Shown here piece by piece: positions 57,801 to 64,000 of a stretch of 64,000 nucleotides of DNA. How positions within the stretch are numbered: the stretch's first letter is position 1; each line of letters begins with the position of its first letter. Both the position numbers and the translations under genes were made by a program. The notes beneath the pieces are model-generated. The model was not told the origin of the DNA and did not search any database. It saw only the letters and a list, made by a program, of their open reading frames with translations. This stretch comes from a virus, in the IMG/VR virus record IMGVR_UViG_3300020810_001160, positions 1-64,000 of that record; one strand, written 5' to 3'.

Positions 57801-60543
57801 TACTAATACAATATCAATTTTAATTAATAGTACTCAACAATTAAAAAGCACATTCACGTATGGCAATGAGAAAGATATATCTAAAACATATGAAAGACAG
57901 ACAGGATATGTTCAATTTGTATTACCGCCAGCAAATTTATCTAACATTTCAATCACATACAAAATTAATGAAGATACATTAAACACTGCTGATAGATTTG
58001 ATTTATACAAACCTACTGCTGGTATGCCAGGTAAAGAACTTGCTCAAGTGATAGACGGAATTGATTACGGTGGAGTAGAAGTAAGAAGCATAGGATTTGA
58101 AGATACATCAGGCTGGGGTAACGAACCTTTCATGCAAGGTGAATGGGATACCTATGATGAAAGTTACGAAGATGAAGTTTTCTATTTAGACGGAAGCACA
58201 CTCACGTTAAATCTTGCTAAAACATTAACACAAGGTGTGGAATACCATGTGTATCAAAATGGTATAAGAGTTGATGATCCTGCTTTTGATGTAGGAAATC
58301 CTACCAATGCGTTAGCACAAATGAATTCAATTGCTGGAGACGGTTCTACAAAAATTGTTGATATCAGTAATCTTGAAACAGAAGACGGTGACGTTATTAT
58401 TGTAAGAAAATCCACAAGCGATGGATCATTTTTACCTGATCCAAATGCTGTTGATACATTGATTAAAGGTGGAGATTTAGCATACTCAACAGCACAAGGA
58501 CTTAACGCAGAAGACATCAACATAGATGGCGATGGATTTGTAACACCTACGTCTGCTAAAGGACCGGAGGAGTTTGTGCCAGGACAAGTATTAGACACAT
58601 TAGACATTCAAGTTTACGATAGAGGTCCTAACACAGGATCGAAAATTAACAGTTACAATTACATAGGTGATGGAAACACTGTTGAATACTCTTTTGTTGA
58701 TAATCCGCAAAGCAACACAGCAATATTTTTAAGTGTTAATAACATTTTAAAAGACAGTAATACATTCCAGGTTGATTATCAAAACAAAAAAATAATATTC
58801 AATCAAGCACCATTAGTAGGTGAAAAAATAAACTTTATCACAATGGGCAACAATGGTGAATCTATTTTAGATGTTGATACATTTACAGGTGACGGTAGCA
58901 CAATTGAATATGTTACTAGAGCAAAATATACACAAGGAAACATTCAAACATTTGTAAAAGTAAATGGTGTAAATCAAGACTACACAGTGGTTGAGACTGA
59001 TTCAGCGTATGCAGTTGCTAATAGAGTAGCAGTAAGATTTGATTCAGCACCTGCTCAAGACAGTGTGATCAATATTGTGGTTTATGAAAGTACGTCACAG
59101 TCGTTCAGTGAAGTTACACAAAACACTTACACAGGTGACGGTAGTACAACACAATATCAATTGAACCCGACACCTTTTACACAAACACCTTTCACAAACA
59201 ATGTGATTGTTAAAGTTAACGATTCAGTTTTAAGAAGTGGTTTTCATAAAAAATTTACTGTAAGTGTTTTGAGAGAATACGAATTTGAAAATTGGCAAGT
59301 ATTACCAGGCACAGTTAATACCACAGATGTAAGAGCATATCTAAACAAAATTGAATTGACATCTGCTGAATACACTTGGAACCCAGGCAATTCAAGTGTA
59401 ACATTAACAGGCGGTATAGGAGTTGTTGGAGATGTGTTAGATGTTTATATTGCGAATGGAGAATATTCAGTAACTGATGCTGGTGTATTAAGTTTAAGTG
59501 TTGCTCCTGTTCAAGGTTCAACAATCACATCATATCAATTCAGCAAACACGATGTTCAAGATATAGATAGAACACAATATGATGTGGTGGCTAAATTATC
59601 AATCACAGTGAACACTGATGATTATTATCAGTACAATCAATTAACAAATGGTGTGGTTCAATTGAACAAGCCGGCAGTTGATGCCCAATATGTTTGGGTA
59701 AGTGTGAATGGTGATTGGTTAGCCCCTAGTATTGATTACACAGTTTCAAACAATCAGATGTATTTAAAAATTAATAGAACACTTTCACAAAATGATACAA
59801 TTGATGTGATTCACTTCACAGCACCATCGTTTGTAGGAAAATTTGCTTACCGACAATTTAAAGATGTTATGAACAGAACACACTTTAAGCGTATTGGTGA
59901 TGACAGACAATACTCTTTAGCACAAAATTTAAACTGGTATGACAAGGAAATTGTGTTGTCCGATGCCACAGGTATCACAGTACCGAGTGTTGCTTCGCAA
60001 CTGCCAGGTATAATTTTTATAGATGGCGAAAGAATAGAATACTATCAAAAGGATGGCAACAGTTTACAACAATTAAGAAGAGGAACATTTGGAACAGGTA
60101 TTGCAGAAGTACATCTTGCTAATACAGATGTTTACGATCAAAGTGCTTTCCAAAATGTGCCTTATCAAGATCAGTTCATATCTGAGACATACACTGGCGC
60201 AGATGTGGTAAACAATGTACTGAACATAGGCTTTGTGCCTAACAATGTGAATGAATTTGAACTGTTTGTTGGTGGTAAGAGATTGCGTAAAAACGCAATC
60301 AGTGTGTACAATCCTACATTGGGACAAGATAGTCCTGAAGCAGATGCAACTGCACCTGCTGAATTCAGTGTGAACGGTACCACAGCCGCAATAACATTCA
60401 CAGTTACACCAGCCGAAAATGCCAAAATAGTGCTGGTACGAAAACAAGGAAGAATATGGCAATCAGGCACAAATCCACTCAGTCAGACGGAAAATGATAT
60501 AGCAAGATTCATACGTCAAAAAGAAGTGGCTTTGCCGCAATAA
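45892..60543 (+). CDS. Giant 4883-aa baseplate-associated structural protein (gp7-like position)
   Basis: Uninterrupted 14.65-kb ORF after gp6; FG-GAP-like blades, CBM5/12-like motifs, G(S/K)GY repeats, (F/Y)TGDGST repeats. Confidence 0.75.
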   Translation: MAYDNDQKDFELPAGKDNGKRKSAEFLPKYFRTPVNQKFLHSTLDQLISQGTLEKLNAYYGRKVTSAYTSGDLYVPEISADRENYKFEPSVVQKDDLGNVNFYSDYIDFVNQIANYNGDTSNHSVLNAQEYYAWSPKIDWDKFVNYREYFWMPYGASTVSINGQQRNVVSTYTVTKSDQGDNYAYIFTPDGLTANPTLKLYKGQTYKFEIDAEGLPLVFRTQRILDESYNFNDGIDVQAVEKGIITFQVKDSTPEKLYYGSSNDINAWGLIQVFDIEENSAIDVTNEVLGKKNYTTADGVALSNGMKVNFKGTVTPAQYAEGDYYVEGVGEAIQLINSQNLEVVSSFTNSVPIPFDSQNFDTVGFGTATSYAVNKDYVVINRSSPEGSPWTRHNRWIHRSVIEASASANGQVADIDQTSRARRPIIEFEAGIKLYNFGTSSKGNVDLIDTVTKDVMSDIEGSEGFYVDGIAVTNGLKILFTADTDPLVKDKIYQVKFIDLELNGIKTNQVSLVEVANASPKEGETVLVTNGVKNQGKWYHYNNGWKTSQAKTKTNQAPLFDLFDSNGNSYTDDILYPNSSFRGNKIFSYAVGTGTNDTELGFPLTYQNVENVGDIVFNFDLLNQSYVYESQTLSGTLASETAFLKKYNAQGQFATVNGWSKAPTKSFQKVNRQYVASTNQLNDFAVDVYDKSGDLNDLGVKVFVNNKKKTQNVDWYILRVDSVAYVKFYTNLKANDVVLIRTTSATDKNANGHYEFPTNLQSNPLNDKVVTFTVGQVTDHVKSITNELTDIQGVTPGVSNLRDFPNATLYGRKFLQHSGPMVLSSYLLNNKEVNLISAISQSQTDYYKFKRSFVSAMDDLGFDGTSVQIVDKILEKLNKDSNDNLPYFQTDMFGVGAYISTTHEVLDVDSKFFALKNSHNLSTLSNKAVYVYLNGDQLLHAHDYIFTDGFVQVTKTLTLDDTIVINEFETTNGTYVPPTPTKLGLYPKYVPKKYSDTTALEPVNVIQGHDGSIVVAYNDFRDDVILELEKRIYNNIKVVFDENLFEIKTFIPRANSINEFTEASINKTLLGDFNDWLTFIGNEDYTANTYQSDENSLTWNYSNMVSPQGTKLSGYWRGVYKYAYDTDRPNITPWEMLGYTEEPSWWSTVYGPAPYTGDNLVLWQDLEKGIVREPNKKIIIKDKYKRPGLTSHIPVDSNGNIKSPFDSAYARGAVLQLTKGNFKFGDHAPIENAWRRSAHYPFALLKSYILHRPNQAVGIGLDISRTKRNASGQIVYNSLTAIRPKDIVFPSSIADKTINLTAGLINYIFEVVENSLTTNYASYKKQLTELTVQIGFKIRGYSNKNNFKLLIDSKTPLNSTSLFVPDENYQLIYNVSAPIEILTYSGLIIEKLASGYSIKGYDRDDPYVRYHAVYEQTSDPAITVGGISASFVNWSENKRYDRGAYVKYSDEFYAVDETHVSGSTFDLSKFLKLIDLPTEGGRTAILRKKFLTDAVVEIPYGTVFDTIQSVVDVILGYESYLKSKGFKFDQFDSQTELVSNWQLSMKEFLFWTTQNWDEGAVISLSPASKKLVLESKYSTTDNVVDNFYSYGVLKEDGKNLDKENLRITRESNTFELFTKNTVNGIYFAKIPLVQKEHVCLVDNSTDFNDLIYDPASGYKQDRIKMLGYITEWDGSLNIPGFIYDEAKVVEWQPYTDYAMSDVVKHKEFYYTANTKLKGTQEFNDNDWRRLDDKPRSSLLSNFDYKTNQFADFYDLDTDNFDSQQQKLAQHLIGYQPREYLRNIINDDVSQYKFYQGFIREKGTSNALNKLFDALASADKESLDFYEEWAIRKGQYGAVDTFDEIEYNLDESKFRLNPQPILLTDDSANTASDLVYRIQSGQTYLAPKDYTHTPFAIKYDKNTYIKTAGPVNPIDISLTLSQYEDILTNSNVKNLLEGQYVWIGNYNKSWTVLKYTKTEQQTVSVVKTGSTITVNTLNTAVMNVGEIFVVSIDGEDYVLKCTTANSTTIQCEDKEGFVSIDPGVGYITRFIEYRLGSIDDINTVINNQGLTDNEKFWIDESNDGKWKIVNNKFVYKTHNEISSTSTSGDESFGTVIAANKQNSIVLVSQPSDGDGKIYVFSRGSESGSLKLLQTIEAPTSDLLLNSDLFSSNSSFGKAVDISPDGNFVIIGAPNAGDLKTEYKGVYNPASNYNVGNIVQYKQQLWRATNQIEGAVASDLFSTFDASAFYKENIGFSTTSLLIGDSVFSNETTDHLLIRGSADQYSATKIGDKLILKYLDFSTEYPIDRNNYNKSANQPFNGIGAPTIKNNVFSGAEISIQAKVDEILQVSLTLRDAPVSSVVSTSTAQGTVVYSRKIAGKTLLYLKDVRGVFSASGSLLLDTLPIGDYTRVNTEDYDHLGGWWKVGIGASVSTGAGADISTNVVIQDIKLLNETRDSNLFFSSFEQPIVPITPQTPLVKAQFGLGTYYQRYYINPANNSWQSNSTPQGILSNKWFVRTGYDIAHDGGLNSSNSANNVSVWFNNVDQNAFDFSGLNIDSDDTNGIKEVVDIWEGYIDIDSQPDNNANYYYPEAGVHTIYDPIKFVQADVTFVQFIALEKIRVYFRNARNTVDPNGSTLFSLGSNAGQSATIQRLGGGVDRLIGSIEQAVQSGPNDGDILVFEHTTPITASGDPAAYTVNDIEYWIWDEFENVAGIQQLANIPSSQNRDWLQVHNIPIGEGTASGLTNQGAFLVYKKNTAGQYAYNSAFTVPDTQSGLRLGSKIQIRDVGDTTVAFISAEGNGSNALPGKVYFIKYSSTKNWWLGVDENYMGQFDQDADYLKDELVIYNNQLYKAKTNISSGAWTSDVWELQDSHADYLGYVPNDSGIELQGDSTLDQSKLIKFANTFDVDTNGVNLVVTNQYNDSKQDVIVYRLDNNHYTYKQTILPPQDSTPVIDFGADISISEDGELIAVGSPLKDLTNIDMGVVYVYKKASNDTGLYNLNQTLVSPDKETSEQFGNTLSFSGNVLAVCSLKGDQQVDDGSTVLDERYDVGSVHLFEKFESTLLYAEKFSYDNSFTQFGTNLLVNKNHVYIGLPKLQINGKQMGTVVDFRKSPLENNWNSVHESSDGIDQPDLSKIQGIFLYNKRTNTLLTRLDYVDPVFGKIPGPAESEIYYKTNYDPAVYNSNSAVGNIDTTNHWNSNQIGRLWWNISTAQYYYPYQSNIIFNNSYWNKLFVGASIDVHEWVESVYTPSQYNIISQSEEGEALGITGTVVNPTDYVTTKVYDDVAKVLSNKYYFWVKGKTTVPEMESRTLSANAVENLIKDPKGQGYKYVTIFGKNKFAIVNCDEFIQDKDTVISFRIKRIDSKNNVHKEYALLTEGLGTSTLPKEIETVWFNSLIGYDAQYNPVPDPTLSEKLRYGTLQYPRQSWFINKQEALKQTVERINSVLLQNLIVDEVDLSSLTQSDPAPKINTGLFDVAIDTEKDLDFVGVGSVKTASINITVENGKIINVTIADPGKGYKSIPTYKIKSITGEGAVIGLTIDINGSINSARILSQGKNYADTTTVEIRNYSALVQADSTVDGKWAIYSYSATDGWQKSKIQAYNVNLYWNYADWYATGYNQFTAIDHVISQSYEITAIDDTIGQIVKIQNIGAGGWLLLKKIGNQADVDYTVNYETVGRQNGTIQFTDKLYVYSGNVGFDSNSFDIQLYDRQPIQETRTILETVRDKIFVEELAVEYNKLYFAGIHYALSENKLNDFVFKTSFVKAQHNVGELEQKITFKNDNLSNYEDYVQEVKPYKTKIREYVSSYQKTEPTNSVITDFDYPPKYVNGIITPSKVTVVNDTLVGAENVKTYPDKNWKDNVGFKITAINIANPGTLYTNPPTVNITGGGGTGATARAYIKNGSVNRIVVINTGSGYISAPTITLSGSTTGVTAKASAVLGESLPRTTHIGIKFDRNTGTTLISNLQRTETFVGNNSQLKFKLKWPMDLRTNTISILINSTQQLKSTFTYGNEKDISKTYERQTGYVQFVLPPANLSNISITYKINEDTLNTADRFDLYKPTAGMPGKELAQVIDGIDYGGVEVRSIGFEDTSGWGNEPFMQGEWDTYDESYEDEVFYLDGSTLTLNLAKTLTQGVEYHVYQNGIRVDDPAFDVGNPTNALAQMNSIAGDGSTKIVDISNLETEDGDVIIVRKSTSDGSFLPDPNAVDTLIKGGDLAYSTAQGLNAEDINIDGDGFVTPTSAKGPEEFVPGQVLDTLDIQVYDRGPNTGSKINSYNYIGDGNTVEYSFVDNPQSNTAIFLSVNNILKDSNTFQVDYQNKKIIFNQAPLVGEKINFITMGNNGESILDVDTFTGDGSTIEYVTRAKYTQGNIQTFVKVNGVNQDYTVVETDSAYAVANRVAVRFDSAPAQDSVINIVVYESTSQSFSEVTQNTYTGDGSTTQYQLNPTPFTQTPFTNNVIVKVNDSVLRSGFHKKFTVSVLREYEFENWQVLPGTVNTTDVRAYLNKIELTSAEYTWNPGNSSVTLTGGIGVVGDVLDVYIANGEYSVTDAGVLSLSVAPVQGSTITSYQFSKHDVQDIDRTQYDVVAKLSITVNTDDYYQYNQLTNGVVQLNKPAVDAQYVWVSVNGDWLAPSIDYTVSNNQMYLKINRTLSQNDTIDVIHFTAPSFVGKFAYRQFKDVMNRTHFKRIGDDRQYSLAQNLNWYDKEIVLSDATGITVPSVASQLPGIIFIDGERIEYYQKDGNSLQQLRRGTFGTGIAEVHLANTDVYDQSAFQNVPYQDQFISETYTGADVVNNVLNIGFVPNNVNEFELFVGGKRLRKNAISVYNPTLGQDSPEADATAPAEFSVNGTTAAITFTVTPAENAKIVLVRKQGRIWQSGTNPLSQTENDIARFIRQKEVALPQ

Positions 60544-60567
60544 ATACAATGGTAGAACGGAGCAAAA

Positions 60568-61179
60568 ATGAGTAAAATTAACGAAAACAGCGGTGTACTA
60601 ATACAAGGACACATTAAGATACACGATCCAGAATCTAAGACGATTTTTGTAAACAAACGCAATGCTATTCATTATGAAAACATGAGTGTAGCATTAGCAG
60701 AAAGTGTAGCCAACCAAGGTCAAGGATTTATTAATTCAATGGCATTTGGTAATGGTGGTACATCAGTTGATCCAACAGGAATTATCACATATCTAACTCC
60801 GAACAGTACAGGTACAAATGCTACACTGTACAATCAAACCTACAGCAAAATTGTTGATGACAGATCAGTTTCTAATTTGGATCCACAAAGAAATAAAATT
60901 GAAACAAGACACGTGAATGGAACAAACTACACAGATGTACTGGTAACTTGTTTGTTAGATTACGGTGAACCAAATGGACAAGATGCTGTTGATGCCGCAA
61001 GTGCTTCAAACAGTTTATATGTTTTTGATGAACTAGGACTTGTGAGTTATTCACCATCAGGCACAGGCAAATTACTAACTCATGTAATTTTCCACCCTGT
61101 ACAAAAAAGTTTGAATAGATTAATACAGATTGATTACACAGTAAGAGTACAAAGTTTGACAGGTTTTAACGAAGGGTAG
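60568..61179 (+). CDS. Baseplate/fibre attachment structural protein
   Basis: 203 aa; MAFGNGG, FDELGL and HPVQKS.NR.IQIDYTVR; TAAATA at 60541-60546. Confidence 0.65.
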   Translation: MSKINENSGVLIQGHIKIHDPESKTIFVNKRNAIHYENMSVALAESVANQGQGFINSMAFGNGGTSVDPTGIITYLTPNSTGTNATLYNQTYSKIVDDRSVSNLDPQRNKIETRHVNGTNYTDVLVTCLLDYGEPNGQDAVDAASASNSLYVFDELGLVSYSPSGTGKLLTHVIFHPVQKSLNRLIQIDYTVRVQSLTGFNEG

Positions 61180-61182
61180 TAA

Positions 61183-63210
61183 ATGGCATATACAATAAGT
61201 TTTTCTGATGCTGTTAACAAAGGTACAATCACCATTGAAGACAACACAGTAAACAACGAAACCAGCATTAATTTTCCAGGTAAGAACACAACTTCTTATG
61301 GCACAGTTATTGCAGAAAACTTTTTACAAATATTAGAAAATTTTGCTAACAGTTCAGCACCTTTAAGACCAATCGAAGGACAACTTTGGTTTGATACCAC
61401 AGCAGGCGTTAATCAATTAAAAGTTTATGATGGTGCCAACTGGGTAGCATCGGGTGGTTTAAAGAAAGCATTGAATCAACCAAGTGCTTCTGAAAGTATA
61501 TCAGGTGACCTTTGGGTCGATACAAATGCTCAACAACTTTATTTGTTTACAGGATCAGGATGGACACTGATTGGTCCACAATACAGTAAAGGATTAACCA
61601 CTGGAGCAACTCCTGTTACAGCAACAGGAACAGATGATTTAACATACAGCATTGTTCAATTAGAAGTTGATGCTAAAGTGGTGGCGATCATTGCTAAAGA
61701 TTCATTCACTCCAAAAATTAATATTCCAGGATTTTCACAATTAAAACCAGGTGTTAATATTAGTTCTACAAATTTTGGATCAGCCATTAATAAAGTTTAC
61801 GGTATTTCAGAAAAAGCAGAAGCACTACTTGTTGGAAACACAACAGTAGCCGCAGGTAACTTTTTAAGATCAGACACTACATCACTCACTGACTTTCCAA
61901 TTAAAGTAAAAACAGATGATGGTATCGAAGTTGGAGCCGCTGGCTCTTTCAAAATGTTTGTGGAAAATCAAGCAGGTATTATTCAATTAGGAACTTTAGA
62001 TGAAGAAATAGATTTTAGATTAAACAATCAAGGTTCAACAACCACAGTGATGAGAATCAGTTCTCAGAGACAAGTAGGAATAAACAAAACAAATCCTACA
62101 GAAGCATTAGATGTATCTGGAAATATTTTATCATCAGGCACAATTACTTCCAACAGCACTACTCCGTCGATCAATGTAGGTTCAGGTGCAGTTGTTTCTA
62201 AAGGTGGATTAGGTGTAGCATTAGATGCCAACATTGGTGGATCGGGTACGTTTGGAGGCAACATAACAGCAAACACAATAACTCCGTCACAAAATTTAAC
62301 TTATAATTTAGGATCATCTTCAAATAGATACGCAACTGTGTGGGCAAATCAAATTCAAGCCAGCAGTGTTATAACAGACAGTATTACAGGAAATGCTTCA
62401 ACAGCCACACAGGCTAATAGACTTGCTCAGGCAACAACATTTAGAATGACGGGCGATGTTACAGCAACAGATGTGTCTTTCAGAGGTGACGATATAACAC
62501 CAAGAACTTTTACAACCAGTATTAGCAACACATTCATTGGCAATCAAACACTGACAACAACCAGCGAAGTAAGTGATGAAATAATTATTAACAGGACTGC
62601 TGGTATCACAGGAATTTACAAAACAACAGTTGGTGCAATTACAAATTCAATTCCAACACCACCAGTAGGATCAATGATGGCGTTTGCTGGAGCAACTGCT
62701 CCTACAGATTGGTTATTCTGTGATGGTGCTGAAGTGCAAAGAGCAGTTTACAATACTTTATTCCAAGTGATTGGAACACAGTATGGTACTCCTTCAAATT
62801 CGTCAGTATTCAAACTGCCTGATTTAAGAGGAAGATTCCCATTAGGTAAAGACAATATGTCTAACCCAGGTTTAGGACAAGGTTCAGCAGATAGAGTTAC
62901 ATCACCAACAGCAGATGGTTTAGGTCTAGGTGCAGGCAATGAGAAGAAAACTATTACGAAAGAAAATTTACCTAATCACGAACACACATTAAAAGCAAAC
63001 AATGGTGATCAATTCTTTGCCGCAAGAAATATTGCAGGTGCTTCTACAGATCCAGAAGTTACCACAACAAGTGGTCCAGATTTAGCAAACACTAATGGTG
63101 CTCAACAATTGCCTAATTCAGGTGGAATTGACGGCACAATAGGACAAGCAATGGATGTGATGAATCCATACTTAACATTGAATTACATAATTTACACTGG
63201 AGGAGCGTAA
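61183..63210 (+). CDS. Tail fibre/baseplate protein with a phage tail collar domain
   Basis: PVGSMMAFAG..APTDWLFCDG..V....Y..LF.VIG..YG....FKLPDLRGRFPLG; LPNHEHT; NPYLTLNYII. Confidence 0.85.
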   Translation: MAYTISFSDAVNKGTITIEDNTVNNETSINFPGKNTTSYGTVIAENFLQILENFANSSAPLRPIEGQLWFDTTAGVNQLKVYDGANWVASGGLKKALNQPSASESISGDLWVDTNAQQLYLFTGSGWTLIGPQYSKGLTTGATPVTATGTDDLTYSIVQLEVDAKVVAIIAKDSFTPKINIPGFSQLKPGVNISSTNFGSAINKVYGISEKAEALLVGNTTVAAGNFLRSDTTSLTDFPIKVKTDDGIEVGAAGSFKMFVENQAGIIQLGTLDEEIDFRLNNQGSTTTVMRISSQRQVGINKTNPTEALDVSGNILSSGTITSNSTTPSINVGSGAVVSKGGLGVALDANIGGSGTFGGNITANTITPSQNLTYNLGSSSNRYATVWANQIQASSVITDSITGNASTATQANRLAQATTFRMTGDVTATDVSFRGDDITPRTFTTSISNTFIGNQTLTTTSEVSDEIIINRTAGITGIYKTTVGAITNSIPTPPVGSMMAFAGATAPTDWLFCDGAEVQRAVYNTLFQVIGTQYGTPSNSSVFKLPDLRGRFPLGKDNMSNPGLGQGSADRVTSPTADGLGLGAGNEKKTITKENLPNHEHTLKANNGDQFFAARNIAGASTDPEVTTTSGPDLANTNGAQQLPNSGGIDGTIGQAMDVMNPYLTLNYIIYTGGA

Positions 63211-64000
63211 TGAGTTATAAGTTAAACAAAACAGATGGTAGTTTACTTGTAGATTTAGTTGATGGTCAACTGGATACTTCTTCCAGCGACTTAACACTGA
63301 TCGGCAGAAATTATTCTGGATTTGGAGAAGTATTAAATGAAAACTTTATTCAATTACTAGAAAATTTTGCCAACACATCTGCTCCTATTAATCCTATCAG
63401 AGGACAGTTATGGTATGATACATCAGAAAATAGATTAAAAGTTTATAACGGTTCAGCATTTACATCATCAGGCGGAACAACAGTTGCTTCGCAACAACCA
63501 AACATGGTATCAGGAGACCTTTGGATTGACAGTACAAAAAGTCAAATGTATTTCTTTGACGGTATTAGACTTCAGTTAGTTGGTCCGGATTATTCAACAG
63601 CACAAGGAACATCAGGTTTTCAAGTTGACAGCATTATCGATACACAAAACATCACGCAGACTGTGGTTAAAATGTATGTGGGAGGCAATCTTGTCGGAGT
63701 TCACTCTAATGCTCAGTTCACACCAATTGCTACAGAAAGAATCAATGAATTAGTAACAAATGCTAATCCATTAGGAACATTACAAAAAGGTTTCAACACT
63801 GTAGGTGTAGATTACAAATACGTTGGCACATCGACTATTGCTCAATCTTTAATTGATGGAAATGGTGTTGTAAGAACAGCAGATCAATATTTGGTTTCCA
63901 ACACTGACGATACAACTGTAGGTGCTCTTACAATTCAAAACAATGCTGGTTTGACAATAGGATTAAACAATAACACAAAATTACAATTTACTAACAACGC
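63210..64000 (+). CDS. Paralogous fibre/baseplate protein (runs off the window end)
   Basis: TAATG overlap with the previous stop; MSYKLNKTDG...GRNYSGFGEVLNENFIQLLENFAN..AP.NPI.GQLWYD, paralogous to the N-terminus of 61183..63210. Confidence 0.8.
   Translation, partial: MSYKLNKTDGSLLVDLVDGQLDTSSSDLTLIGRNYSGFGEVLNENFIQLLENFANTSAPINPIRGQLWYDTSENRLKVYNGSAFTSSGGTTVASQQPNMVSGDLWIDSTKSQMYFFDGIRLQLVGPDYSTAQGTSGFQVDSIIDTQNITQTVVKMYVGGNLVGVHSNAQFTPIATERINELVTNANPLGTLQKGFNTVGVDYKYVGTSTIAQSLIDGNGVVRTADQYLVSNTDDTTVGALTIQNNAGLTIGLNNNTKLQFTNN

Noticed and set aside
1311-62939. The many short ORFs antisense to or nested in long genes
   Set aside because: They are shadow frames of long, well-supported genes and lack RBSs or recognisable motifs.
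1-64000. CRISPR array, tRNAs, diversity-generating retroelement or invertible fibre cassette
   Set aside because: By eye I found no regularly spaced nucleotide repeats, cloverleafs, template/variable repeat pair, reverse transcriptase or invertase; repeats are at protein level only. A self dot-plot and tRNAscan would confirm.
1-64000. Stop-codon reassignment
   Set aside because: Genes are full length under the standard bacterial code, and TAA, TAG (gp6) and TGA (gp46) all end genes at sensible positions.

Overview
This window is a dense, AT-rich segment of a large T4-related myovirus (contractile-tail dsDNA phage) and covers much of its virion morphogenesis region. From about 1 to 29 kb on the minus strand lie duplicated glycan-binding fibre/appendage genes, then the head module (major capsid gp23, scaffold gp22, protease gp21, an acidic core protein, portal gp20) and a probable tape measure gene. 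From 29 to 35.6 kb lie a gp26-like hub chaperone with a probable -1 frameshift extension, a HemD-like gene, a GIY-YIG nuclease, gp46/gp47 and the gp55 late sigma factor. From 35.7 to 64 kb on the plus strand lie the baseplate genes (gp53, hub, gp5, PAAR, gp25, gp6), a 4883-aa giant protein and collar-domain fibres. Late genes are preceded by a TAAATA/TATAAATA motif, and three sigma70-type promoters mark host-RNAP units. The most notable observations are: (1) a ~390-nt heavily base-paired candidate ncRNA starting immediately after the GIY-YIG stop codon; (2) phage-encoded tetrapyrrole enzymes HemB and probably HemD; (3) a tandem slippery-heptamer -1 frameshift in the gp26-like gene; (4) two structured 5' leaders; (5) probable leaderless late mRNAs; (6) a back-to-back early/late promoter pair at gp55. 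All calls come from reading motifs by eye; no database search or folding program was run. I saw no tRNA, rRNA, CRISPR array, integrase or reverse transcriptase.
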